A stretch of DNA of 64,000 bases from Ramazzottius varieornatus (taxonomy: Eukaryota > Animalia > Tardigrada). Both the position numbers and the translations under genes were made by a program. Below, piece after piece: positions 12,444 through 25,984 of the stretch (within the stretch, counting starts at the first letter, position 1; each line of letters starts with the position of its first letter). The notes below the pieces were generated by a model, which was not told the origin of the DNA, did no database searches, and saw only the letters and a list, made by a program, of their open reading frames with translations. Where the stretch lies: contig BDGG01000002.1 in assembly GCA_001949185.1 (NCBI GenBank), positions 5,322,448-5,386,447 of the forward strand, read 5' to 3'.

Positions 12444-13499
12444 GTTTATCCGACCCTACAAAAGATCACTTTTCTCACTCCTCCTGCAAGATCACCGAAT
12501 GAAAACTGAATAATGTCGTCGGATCATCCGGATGGATGACAAAAATCGAAGGCTTACCGGCAGGAACTGTGCGAACTGACACTCCAACTGGAAACCAAGG
12601 TAGGCTCAGGATTTGGGGACTTCAGAACGAGACACCCGGATATCTCCCTTGCACAGGGATTAGAACAGTGAGAATTACCTGTTCCAGACAGACACCCGAT
12701 TCGCCGATTCCCAAGCAGTCTCCAACAAGAATCGGACTTCGCATTATTTCCGGAAGAAGGACTTTACCGCTTGTTTACAAATTTCATTCAGGTGATTGCG
12801 TTAAGACTTAAAAAAGTCCACTCCCCTTCGTTCAGCAGTCTCGATTGATTGCTGATCAGTCAAATACAGTAGTACAAGCCTGGTCAACAATCAATCGAAC
12901 GTACTTGACAAAGCGGGGGGCAACCGAGTGACCGAGTCTTGATCGTGAGCCATGAATCAGCAAATTTTGTGTTCAAGAAACTTTCCAGAGTGATCTAGAA
13001 TCTAGATGTTCCTCGTATCTCGGTTCTCGAGCTCCGACTACACAACGAAATCTTTGTTGTTTCGCGGAGATCGTACGTACTCTCGTAGGAATGTGATGAA
13101 AAACCTTGGAGTTCAGCTGGGTACTGTTGGACAATCGTCGAGCGCGCCTGAAGATAGATAAAGACGAACGCTTGGTACAGCAAAGTGAGTGACTTACAGT
13201 ACTTTTTTCTGGACATTCGAAAACTTGGAGATAATGACATTTGCTGTGTTCGGTGTATGTCTTCGTTGAAGGCTGATGTAGAGTCGATATTAAAGAAAGA
13301 ATTCTCGTTGGCAGGACATCCGTAGTTATATACTCTCGGTTTCCGAATAGCGAAGGATCACCGGAAGTACCAACCTCGTTCATCAACTCATTACTATCGC
13401 TCTACGCGTGAGCTCCATATTCCATTCTTCTATCCAGTATCCACTCGTCCTGAACCCTAAGGAATTCAGACACTACCGCGACTCAGCTCGAGGTACACC
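12444..13499. promoter_or_regulatory. Bidirectional promoter and 5'UTRs, RFC4 / DDI1
   Basis: Divergent genes ~1.05 kb apart; inverted repeat tcgattgattg...caatcaatcga at 12841-12898; splice-like signals suggest non-coding DDI1 5' exons. Confidence 0.5.
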
Positions 13500-14944
13500 A
13501 TGAGGCTTACGTTCACAACCGCGAACGAGCAGATGGTCACAATGGAGCTGGGGGACGACATGGAGCTTGAGAACGTCAAAGCGCTGTGTGAATTCGACCT
13601 GGGGATTCCTGCCAAAAGTATGGTCCTTTCCGCGAACGGAAAACAGCTTAAAGACGACAGGATGACGCTTGGTGCCTGTGGTTTGAGAGATGGGGACATT
13701 GTCCTTGTACAAAATAACGCGACGTCACAACCTTCCAGGTATCTAACCTCCTTATATACTGTTTCAATTTTTATCGATTGTTTTCATTTTGTTTTCATTA
13801 GGTCAGCTGGAGGACCTTCTCCTGCGAAGCTTCCCAAAATCGACTTTAGCTCCATTGTTGTACCTGGCACCAGTAGTGGCGCTAGTACGTCGCGTCCCTC
13901 CAGCAGTAACAATGCTGGTATGACTTCGAGGTTCACTCCCTTACAGTTAGGGAAAGCGCAGCATCTAGCAGACATGATACGGCAAGGTAGCGAAAGAGAC
14001 CCCGAGACCATCGAACGGTTCAAGAAAGAACACCCAAAGGTAGTTGAAGCGGCTCTCAAAGGGGACTTGGTGACGGTAGCAGAGCACATAAAGACTCAAC
14101 ATGACGAGATGATTAGAAAACAGCGAATCCTGATAGAACAACCGGACAGCGCGGAAGCACAGCAGCTCATGTTGGAAGCTATACGGCAGCAACAAATTCA
14201 GGTATCTCCACTATATCGAAGTGTTCTGGATTGCTGTTAACATTCTCTTGTATCTTTTCTAGGATAACTTTGAGCATGCGATGGAGCATGCACCAGAGAA
14301 CTTTGCTTCCGTCCACATGTTATACGTTAACTGTTCAGTTAACGGGAAGCAGATGAAAGCTTTCGTGGATTCGGGTGCTCAAGTCAGCATCATCTCGAAA
14401 GAGTTTGCCGAACTGTGTAACGTCGGCCACCTTATCGATACCAGGTTCCAGGGGGTGGCCGTTGGTGTGGGAACTCAGAACATCGTTGGTAAGATTCACG
14501 CTTGTCAGATGTCCATTGGTGGTGCCTTCTTCACTGTGTCTTTCAACGTGTTGGAAGCCAACAACATGCAGATCCTCCTTGGTAAGACCGATTCAGTTTT
14601 TGTCAAGATGATGAAAGGCTCGTTCTCAGTTGTTTTGTTGTTTAGGCTTGGATATGATGAAGCGACATCAGATGTGCATCGACCTGAAAAGAAACGTGCT
14701 GGTCATCGGTACCACAAACGCCGAAGCACCCTTCCTGTCAGAATCGGAGCTACCGGAGAAGGGAGGGAAGAATGGGATGGTCTATGAACCGAACGAAACG
14801 GAGATACAAGTTCTCATAGGAATGGGTTTCACGAGGGACGCCGCAAGGACGGCGTTGTCCAAGCATAATGGAATGGTGGATGCTGCAGCAGCGGACTTGG
14901 CGGGCTCTCAAGGCAGTACTGCGTCGACAGGCACTCCCAAATGA
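13500..14944 (+). CDS. DDI1: DNA damage-inducible protein 1 homolog (UBL - helical domain - retroviral-like aspartyl protease - UBA)
   Basis: UBL N-terminus, [32 protein letters not shown] (catalytic Asp), [47 protein letters not shown]. Confidence 0.96.
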
Positions 14945-17900
14945 TAAGTTCAGATCTTGACTCAGACGTTTACGTTGATCCCTCCGTTTTGTAGTGCATA
15001 TTAACTCCTTGATGATTACTTTTCCCTCCGAGTTTGTCGGTTTTCCCTTTTCAGAAAAGGGTTTTTCGGCTTCTTATTTTCAGCGAGTAGTTTTCACGAT
15101 TTTATTTTTGAGAATACCGTATAGTGCCTTTTTCGACCTTATGACTAACTACGACCTCGGTATCGCTTTTGAACCGAATTTTATTATGTAAAAGAGCTGT
15201 ATGTCAAAGAAGGTAGTGAAGACGAACAGCATTTCCGGTCATTTCGAGCCAGAAGCGACTCAGTTTTCCGTGTGTATTCGTATATATCCTTGACGGATTG
15301 AAGATCCGTTGATGGACAGGGCACACACTTCGTCGAAATGTGTTCAAACCTTGTTAGAGTCGCCTTGGAGCTTTCAAATGAAGTGGGTTCTTTGGTCTTC
15401 TCCTTTCAATCAGCGCCGTGATCTGAGTCTTACGGCTTCTGGGCATTCTTGCCATCGAGTTTCGGCTGTCACCGTGCATGATTCATTGTGCTTTTAATGA
15501 TCCGGCTAAACGAAATACCGGTACCTCTTGGCGGCTGGCAGATTAATCGTTCAATCAACTTGAAGAATGCCCTGATGAACATATTACGTTGCAGTTCTAT
15601 CCGAAAACAATACGAACAGGTGTTAAGTAACGCAGAAAAAATAGAATGATTAATGATTATCCTCGTTAAATAGGTTACATGCAACTACGACGCTTGGAAC
15701 TAAGTACGTTCGGTGTTTCGTTTACCTGACTCACAACCTGAACCGTCGAAGGACCTTTAAGACGATTGCTCTACTAAATACTTTGTCTGCCGCATTCAAA
15801 ATATGTCCGGGTCTTCGAATTCAAAAGTTCTCCTGTCGATGAACGAGGACCAAGAGTTGAAGACCATGCAAAGGTCGCAACTTTGTTCATTAAATGAGGT
15901 ATAAACTTTTTCGTGACCCAGTAAAAGAGTTGGACGCATCCATAATTAGATTTGCTGCTTATTTGCAGTTGGGGTTTTCAAGTGCCCGGCAATCGAGCTC
16001 ATGAGCCAGCCACAATGCAAGCACTAACGATGAAGGAAAGTTTGCCCTGTTGTACACAGCGTGTAATTCCATTAATATTCCAGTCACTCCGCCTTCTCAA
16101 AGCAAATTTCCGCCTCTGCCTGGACCTTGTGTTCCTTGGGTTGATAGACTGCCTTGAGGTTACACAGAGATGTCACGTCCGTCCAGTTGATCGACTCATC
16201 TCCATCCGTCGTTGATGTGTGCAGCCCACATCCTTGTCTCATCTGTCGCTTTCCGTGGCATAGTATGCTTGGCTTGTCAGCACACGCACACTGCTCCCTT
16301 TTTCCTTTAAACGTTAATCGATGGAAGCCCGGTCACGAAGGCTCCTGGGAGCAACTTGGTCCGCGAAATCGATGAAGTCCCGCTGAGCCTTCATAAGTAT
16401 TTTTCCCTAGTGTCTTGATGCGACGGATAAACACGACCCCAAATTTGACATCGTTTTAGTATATTGTACGGGTACATGCAGTTAGAACCCTCTGGCTTCG
16501 TCAGGGTCTTTTTCGTGAACCAGGAAGTCAACCATCTTAAAGGTCGCCCGACCCTCTGTTGTTGTGTGATAAACTGCCGGCGTCGAATAGACCACGCATC
16601 AAGTCGAGCTTAAGATTAGTCAGACGTGTTAACTCGATTGATGTGGCTATTTTGCCAACCACGCAGAAATTATAGCCTTTAAAGTAAGCCCTATTTCCAA
16701 GGTTGCTTATTTTGAAGGCAGTGAAAAGACAGGCGAGCTGGCGCGGGGTGTAATTGCATTGGCATGTGGTAAGAAGGACCAGAGCCGCAAAGTGTACAAA
16801 CCGGAAAAGTTGATCAAGATAAGTAATCACCGCACAAATCTGTGTGGCAAAAGTCACAGCGGCAAAAATGATAAATATCCGTGAGATATATTTTCCACAG
16901 AAGCCGAAGAAGACAGATTGGATTCCTCGAGGATGCCTGCTGTTACAACATTATGGGCTAACCAGTTTCCACTTGTGGCAAAGCTGTCGCCGTCGTCACA
17001 AAACTCTTTGTCTTTTCTATTCCTTGCAAATGGAAACAACACGGCAAAAATCCATTACTAATCCGCGACAAAGTGTCTCGCTTTGTCGACGATGAGAATG
17101 ATCATTTGGTACAAAGTGCACTGATGGTCCTGGGCGTCAGATTATTGGATCGTAACACGAGACGCTCAATCAGACATCATTCAAAAGTGGTATCAAGTTT
17201 ACCCTCAAGACACACGGTCATCCCATCGAAGGCCATCCTACGCGTAAGAATATCCGGGATGCAACGTATGGCTGAAATATTTCCAAAGCCGCTGTATAAA
17301 AACATGTTTTTCCATATCGGTGAAGTGACTGTACTAAAGTGCTCTGCCGACGAGAAAGAAGCTTCATGGTAGAATTTATTCTGTGCCATGTATGTGAGTT
17401 TTGTGTTGGAGATGGAGATGCAAGCCAGGAGCCGCGCTGTGAGAGGACAAATTAGCAATGGTAATGAAAATCAAGATTCAAAAGGCGCTAGCCACGTTAT
17501 AAGTAAATTCTCTTCCAATGCATATTAAAAGAAGTGGAAGAATACGAATGAATATTTTACAGCTCTCTTGCTTTAACGAGAAGCTTGAAATTACCACAAA
17601 TCAAGACCGACACGTGGAAGAGCTTTACATGTTTCTGTGTTGTTGCGGTGGTGGAAAGTGGCTTCAGCATGCAGGGCCATGTGAACCAGTCCATCTCGTA
17701 TGCATGCAGTGGCGATCCCCAGGCTCATATGTATATGCATAACAGGCATGCCACAACAACTGTAATTCCTGCATCAAGATTCAGATTGATTCTTTGGTGA
17801 TTAAAAGTCTTTAACGTTGCCTAAAGGAGGACCCTCATCACCAGCATAAACATTCCTTCCGTTGCACACTATCCATATAAACTCTTAACTAGCTAGCCAC

Positions 17901-20329
17901 CCAATCTTGCGTATCCATCAGAAGAACGAACGCTCGAGCAAATCAGTCTCACTTTACAATCTCTCGCTCAAACCAGAATGTCACATTTTGATCCATGCTG
18001 GGCAGACATCTCGCAGCGGCAGATCTCTCACACCGGGATGAATACCTATGGTCGTTGCCAGTTGAACTGGACAGCAACAAGTCTGACGACACCGCTTATC
18101 ACAATTGGCTTTTAACTTGTCTTAATCGCATTCCATCGGGCTGGGTGTTATCGTGATAATATATTGCCGAGATCCAAATCGTTCTTCACGTTAACGGGTC
18201 GGTACAGGACGCAGATACTTTCTCATTCTTATGTGCATCTGGATCATATGATACATAGAACTGCACAGAAATGGTCGAAACTTTGAGGACCTTGCCCCGT
18301 TGTGTTGGACATATGGAGTGGGTGTGGCACCGAGGGAACCTGGGACTTCCGACTTGGATTTATCGCAGATCGGCCAGAATGGGCCGAGCAGTGGCTTGAT
18401 TGGTCCCTCGGAGAGGATATCTTCGGCCTGTCAGATCTTACGTGACATGTGTGAAGCCACTTGTCATCTTGGGGCTTAAACACGTGCGGGACATGATGAG
18501 GAAAAAGAGCCGGCATGAATGTGGACTGTCACCGCGAAGAAAGAACAAGTTGAGAAGAAAGATGGGTACAGACAAGGCCGTATGGCCTAGACGGAAAGCC
18601 CAGAAGACTTATCTCATCTTATTGGTGCTTGACAGGCCAAAACGAGCAATATGTCGGCTGAAGACGAAGAACGAAGCGCGGCGGTAAGTGATTGTTTGCG
18701 TTCGTTGTAATAGCTTTGGATTCGGGGCAATGTGGTATTGTGCTCGGAGCGGGTATAAGTTGCAAAGTGGCCTTTGGCTTATTGTCCGTTGTGTTCCTTG
18801 TTGATGAATGGATTAGCAGGGATTCATGGACGAGTCAAGCTGGAATGGCATTGTGCCATCCCGGGAATTTTTGTCAAGAAGAGATAGCGCCCAATATGTA
18901 CTCAAGCGCCTGCTCAGGTGGCCGTTTGCTTTTGGCGATTATTATTTGTACAATAGGTGTCTCGTTCTGCACTCTCTCTTCTCTATATTCCATTGATTTC
19001 CTTTCGGGTTTCTTTGAGTTTTTGCGTAGGCCGATAGATTTCAACTTTCACTCCCAGTCTCCCACAAAGCTCAAGAAAGAAAGACGCAGATGGCATTGAT
19101 CTGTACAGATCGTGAAACAGAGCTCCCATATTTGCTTAGCGATACAAGTACAGAAAGCTGAGACCGTCCTCAAAGTATGCTCGCGCAGAAAATTTTCTAA
19201 AGGAGGGGCCGAAGAACTCAGAAATGATTTTGGTTCACTGTGTGAATTTTCGCAGTGGTCAGGGCGCAGAGGGTTAAGTGGTTGCCGAAAGGAACTCGTA
19301 AATTTAATCTTAAAATTTGACGCCTCGTTGGTACTCTGTAATTAAACTTTCAGTCAGAAAATCAAAACCGGTTGATCAACTTGCTCTGATCATTGCTTCT
19401 GAAATTTTGTTGAAGACCCTAAACGTACTTTAGCTTTTACGATCTGTTCTTTTGTTCATTGCCATGCGTATGTGGAAGTGGGCGAACGTAAAAGCCGTCG
19501 TGCCACCACATGACACTGCGACCTGCAAAACATCAATTAATATTCTCTCATGACATAAATTTCTGCTGCGGCGCTGAAAGCGACCGAAAGCTCATTACAC
19601 GAAAGACTGGGGCGGTGCAGTGTACGCGGACGTCTAAGTGAAATGGTTTTTGTAATTGAATACCTGTCTTCCATTCTTTGTCGCGCTTAAGCAGATGTTC
19701 CGCAATCAATATCGCGAAAGGTGATCATAAGGAGAAATAGATTTTTGTATCCACTGATTCATACAGAGAAAGAAAGTTGGCTTCTTCAAGTTCATCTTGC
19801 ACACGGAGCGGTGATTGGGAAAACCCTCGAAAACGCGGCTGAAGCGAAATTTAACGAGGGTCGTAAATGTTAGATTGTACTGTCAATTTAGATGTATCAG
19901 ATTGGCTGTTTGTGATAATGTTTGATGTGCGTCGATGAGAGCAATGGTTTATGACGGGGCGATGAAGCATGTAGGGGGAAGTGTGATGGGAGGCATGGTC
20001 GGGCACAGTCCTGACGAGGAGGATGTGTTGGCGGGCCTTCAGCTAGTTTACTATCATAGTGAGGCGTCCCATAAATCTATGAAACCATCACACAGGGGAA
20101 TCATTCTCCATCTGTATCAATAATAGCCGTAAAGAGACATTGCGCTTCATTTCCTTTTTCTGCACCTGCTGCTGCGATTCAAGCTGTGCCGCGCACGTCG
20201 CGGCCAACGTTTACAACGACGATAACCCACAGACCAAAAGCCGGTTCTTTGTTCCTCAAGAATTCCAGTGTCCGCTCGCCATTCAACCACGACTATAGTG
20301 AGAAAAACCTCAGAAAATGATTTCCCTCA

Positions 20330-20405
20330 AATCGTTCGCTCATGTGAAGAACGTTGCCATTGTATTTGGCTGGAAACGGCTGCCACTTGGAAATACGATC
20401 AAGGT
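20330..20405. mobile_element. ~75-bp palindromic element family, degenerate copy (intergenic)
   Basis: Loop ttgccattgtatttggctggaaa plus right arm gccacttggaaatacgatc. Confidence 0.55.
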
Positions 20406-23400
20406 GATTCCTAACTGACGACAATGAGGCTCAGACGACAAAACTTTCAAGGTCGTCGCGGTGGGAATACAGGAAGCTCTGGTGGAGGGTTCCCCGTGGT
20501 CAGTCGGTCAGATTCTCACGTACAAATGGTCGTGTGTAGCCTTGTATACAAATTGATATTGCTGTAAAGCGATACGCATGGTCGGGACCAAAGTTTCCCC
20601 TCACAATATACAAACTGTCGTCGTTCCCGATACGTCTAATTTCCTTCCTCTTAACATGACAGTGAACGTTAAGCCAGGCGGAATGATGCCGTTCACTCTG
20701 ATATTTATGCAGGAGCAAGTCCTGTCCATTTAAACTAACCCTCATCCGTCGCCTGGCCGGTAAACACAAGAAGCTGCAGCGCCATCACGTCAGCCCACAT
20801 TACTGTCAACCATCATCCATCATTTTCTTGCGCAGCAAAGTGGGAGTCTTGCCTCAATTATACGCACTTGCGCTCTCCAAGCTTGTCAGAACACCATGTA
20901 TGCAATTGCTAATCTGTAACAACGTTATCAGGGCGGAAAGATTGTCGCGGCTACTGTGGTGTGACACACGATGTATGACGGCATCAGTTCGGAGGACAAA
21001 AGACTGCAAACGATCGTCCCAAATCTTCGCGGCTCCACCCGATACTTGAGGTCTCATTATTTTGACGTTAGAAAATGACAGCGACGAGTAGGACATTGTA
21101 CCGTACTGTAAACGGTTCTCGTGTAATATCTATCATTAGCCGGCGCTTCACTTTGTTTGTATAGCGTCAGACGTGGGTGTGCATTTTGATCTCGACCTAT
21201 GATCATACTACTGCAGACCGATATACTATAATTTACACCTCCTATTTTAATAAGTATTCAGGGTCAAACGTTAGAGAACAACCTTAGGATCGCATCTTCC
21301 GTATACGGTATAACTGACCGAAGAATAGGCATAACTGACTTTCGGCGACTGGAGTACTTCCTTGTTGAGGACCATCAGAATACTTTATGGGGTTTTCCGA
21401 TAGACCTTTGTGAATAATTACTAATTTTTGTAGATTGTTCCGTAATCAAAGTATGACCAGCTCCACGATAAAATGCAGCTTAATAACTGAGGGGGTCTTT
21501 ACTCCACAAAACTTCGTGAAATACTGTAGGAGGTCGGAAAACGATCCCTGGGTGGTCGTCATGCCAAGTGGCGCATGTTTACGGCCAACAAAAAGAGAAA
21601 CTGCGCGGCTTGAGATAACAATCACTCCGAGGCTGCTTGCCGGCCTCCGAAATATTAGCGGTTCCTTGAAATTTTATTAATATCGGTAGAAGGAAGACTA
21701 AGGATGGCACTCGAGCCGAGACAGCACTGGGCATTTGACCGGCCTTATGAAAACTATATCCGGCGCCTGGAGGTATAAGTTTCGAGGAGGCTTTGTGGAT
21801 GGACTTGAAGAGCAGTCGCCCATCGGAATATTGGAGCTGATTGTGAGTAGGGGTAGTCAAGTCAAATAGACAATTTAGCGACGGACGACAAAGGCGCATT
21901 GTTGACATTTCCACTCTACACCTTCTTAAAGTTAACTGGATATGGGGACGCCCAGATTGCGTGCATGGAATTCTAAAGTCACATTTGTGTCTGAGTACAA
22001 TATTGAGACGACACTTTGAAGAGGCAACGGACAAAAGATTGGAGTGCAGGTCTTAGTCCGCCCAAGGTGAAGATAACTGACCCTCAACAGTGCTAAATGG
22101 CCATAAAACAGATTGCTACAGCGATACACTGGCTACTGTCTCTAGTTTCCCCCTAATTATCATAACAAGTCTTATCTTATTCGTGGGACAAACAATGAAA
22201 CCATAACATATCACCTTGCTAATTTGCCTATACTCACGCGCCCAGCTTCCAGACCTGTCAGGACTAACTAAGTGGACATCATCCTGTGAATAATTACAGT
22301 AACATTCTCACATGCGCTCTCTCTGATTTTGAAGTACAATGTGTTTCCCAATAGACGTCTTCGCTTCTTGGGTCGATCGGATCGCCGTCAGTCTATCGTA
22401 AAAGCCGAATAAGGCACACATGCGCCTTCTTTGAAAATTACAGCTGATTGTGGTAGTATGGACAAACACAATAGTGAAAGAAGATAGAGGAGGACACTTT
22501 ACTTAACCAGCAATGAATTGCGAGATTTCCGGACAGAAGCCAGGCTTTACAATTAGCTGCGGGTGCCTCGCCACGGGGTTTCGATAATAATCTCAGAAAA
22601 TCATACTCGCGCTTCCTCCTCTCGCTTCTTCTGTCTGGCCCTTTCTCGTGTCGACGTAATCGACTGCATCATTCTCTATTAATCAAGATTGTGGGATAAC
22701 GCCAGCAGTGACCGCGAGGTTCTACAGTGTTGGCTAAACTGTCCTGTTGGGCAGCGAAGCGGACAAATTTTGCTCCAAGAAGAAGAATCCGATGACCTTT
22801 GTAAGCTGTAGCAAAGGGTGTGGCACAATGAATGGTAGAAACAGACGATTTTTGAATGCTTGATTGGTCTGGTGTAAGTGACGTGGTGCCGCGCGACTGG
22901 AGATGCTTGTTCAAACTGACGATATAATTATTCTGCGGCCAGTGTTTTACGAACTCGTGCGGGTGAACGTCAGGAGGCACGAGAGATGCGCGCTGGAGCA
23001 GCAGCCAGCCATCTCCGCAAGACAAGCTTTCTCGGGTAGATGCAAGCAACCACAGACTGCATAATTGAGCAGAAACTGTATATTGCCCCATTCGACTTTC
23101 TGTGTGCAATGGCAAGTACTTTTCACTTTCTCTGACGATCAGTTTACACTTGAAAAATCAGCAGGCGGGCTTTAATGAACCCAAACAGTATTCAGCTTCC
23201 ATTTGCTCTTCCAACCAATACTTTAATGATTCTCTTAATACATATTAATCGTTATTTTTAGTGACGCTAGTATGTTTCTTGTATGCGCCTAGATAAATTT
23301 TACAATTTACGGAATCCAAAAGTTAAAATACGTTTTACTTTGTAGAGACAGCTTGGGCTTGAGGAATGACAGTTAATACAGGAAAACTAAGAGCGCTACC

Positions 23401-24102
23401 GAAAGAGACATATTAATCCTTGAGATGAGCAATGATAACATCCTCGAGCTGGAGCAACGTTTTGCGGGTAAATAAACACTCTTACGCTGGCGCCGTAATG
23501 CAAAGTCTTAGTGCCGTCTAACTGAGGCAGTGGCAGCCATGAAGATGATATTTCCATGACAGACTCTCTTGACTAGCTCTCAATAATGTCGGGTCACACT
23601 TATTGGACCTTGACTGACCGGCCGCAAAGGACACAAACTGGTTGTGCTAGCCATGTAGCCGACTTCAGCAGGCCAGCCGCCAACCATCAGTTCACCGTGC
23701 AATCCATAGCCATCTTATTCTGTCAAGCAAAAGGGTGGATCCCTAATTTTATCGCTAGAACAGTAGCTAATTTGGCCGTCGCCTTCTGTCACGACTGTTT
23801 GCCTCCGAAGATCAACGTCAGTCATTATCTAAGGACATGCATTCGGTGTGTGGTCCTCATAAGCCCTCGCATTATCCAATTATCGCAGATGGTAACAAGT
23901 GGTCAATTCCGCGGACTCGTTGGGAGCCATGAAACTGCACTGAAAATTGTACGACCAATTTTGAAAAAAGAAGGGCCCTGACAGCTGGTCCGCGTAACTC
24001 AACTAGAACAGAAAAATAAGGACAGAAAAATGGAGGCTGAAGTTCCCTGTAAACCGGCGCAGTCTCGTTAGTAATCGGACCGTCGGCAAATGAATTCAAC
24101 AT

Positions 24103-24172
24103 CATCGTCGGTCCAAGTGGCGCACGTGTAAGTTATTTTTGGCCGAAACTGTGCGCCATTTGAGAAATAATC
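24103..24172. mobile_element. ~75-bp palindromic element family (intergenic)
   Basis: atcgtcggtccaagtggcgcacg-loop(ggccgaaa)-tgtgcgccatttgagaaataatc. Confidence 0.7.
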
Positions 24173-25984
24173 TCGTTCAAGTCGTTCGCCGACGTCCCTT
24201 TTTCAGTTTAGAGCTCCTCAGGAAGCACACCCGATGTTGAAAGCGTTGATTTGGCTGATTATCTAAGAAGGCAGTTTAAACTTAACAAAGTTTGTGGGAG
24301 GCTGGTGGAGAAATTAGAGGTTGCGAGGCTCAAAAGACCCGGAAGCAGAATGGTGTTGTGTGCGTAGCTGAAAAGTGGTGGGTAGCACTAGAAGAAGGGC
24401 TGAATTAAGCCACGGTGTGATGGCTGGATATGCGGATGATTGTTGACCAGTCAAGCGAAGCAAGTCGCTATAGAATCTTCTTTCAAATCAGCTCTATTCA
24501 GCGCGAAGGTGGCAAATGTATCCAGCTATCTCTTTGATGGCGCACAACCTTCCATCAAATTGAACAAATCTTCCGCTGCGAGTTTGATTGTGGCTTTAAG
24601 CTTCACTTTACTATGGCTATTGTTGTGGCCGTGAAGTGAGGATCAAGAGGCGAACAAGAGGTCCATCTGACCAACGATCTTCCCTCCTCAAGCCTTGATT
24701 TATTGGCCCGCATTAGCGTCTACTAACAATGCTAGTTCACTATCAATATGAAACTAGCTAGTCGTTCTGACCACTGGGAAGGCCGAGCAGAGGAGGCAAA
24801 AGATTACAGGCCACACATTTCTACTTCGTTACGTTGCAGTTGCGAGTAAAAAACTTCTGTGACCCGGATCAAGTTACGCATTTGTTTTCAGTGTAGAGTT
24901 TGCGATATGTGAAAGCTCGAAGAATCTGATCGTCCATTGAAATCTCGACAAACTTAAAAGGTTATTATGTTTCAATTTATTTATTTATGGGCGAAACGTG
25001 CGGAAATATGTAAAGACCGCAAAACGTAACATAACACCCTTCCAATGGATGTGGAATAAGAAACGCAATTTTCCGTTGAAGTTTATAAGCTGGTTTCAGA
25101 CTTGTAACTAAAAACGCCCACAATTGAACTGTCTGCAAGCGGACAAGCTACGCTTTATTACGGAAAAGCGGTAAACAATGGCAAACATGTCGCTTTTATG
25201 CCTCGAAAAAGAGGCTGCAGGGGTTTTACAACGAGTTACTATCAATCAATAAACGCGGTCTGTTATCTTAGCGGCACTACTAAATTTCCAGCACACCATC
25301 ATCATGCCTGATCTCGTGACCTTTGAATCTTGTCTGGGCGAAGCGAGTCCTGTCGTTTTTGCTGCACTTAGTCCCATTCTAGACAATCGATTCTTGTTAC
25401 GCCGAATCGATGTCAACGCATCTTTTTCGTTACAGATATCTGTATCAGCGTTACTATTTGCAATAACGCTTGCGGAATACTTATAGAAGGAGCCAAGCTA
25501 GAGTGTCCAGGGGATGATCTGGATTTTGGAGGACTTATTCCCAAAGGGCTCGCCTCATTACCATCCTTGGCTATCTATGTACGTCAGGAGCTGCCCGCTA
25601 GTCTTCTTTCTGATACATGAATATTTTGTGTTGACATATTGCCTATCATGTACCATGATATGAAAAACGGGATGAAATACGGTGATTTTCCAGAGACCAC
25701 GTTTCTGTTTTCCGTCATTATTTTATGGTCGGTCCGAGGTACGAGTACAAAAAAAGAGAGCACCGTTCTGTCAAATTAACCGCAAGGAAGAGCCACCAAA
25801 TGGTCAACCGCGACTCGTTACGTGAATAAACTCTGCCGATCGAAATATTACCGTTGCCTGCACAGAGACTTTTGGTGTGATGAACGTCAATTACCGGACT
25901 AAACAGTAGTCACCTTTAGAGGGAAGTGTTTAGAGAGGGAAACCTCCCTGAGTATACAGTCAAGGAATGGTTCAAATGTGTCGA

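Noticed and set aside
12952-13330. Small spliced gene between RFC4 and DDI1
   Set aside because: All frames of the exon-like segment hit stops; more likely DDI1 5'UTR.
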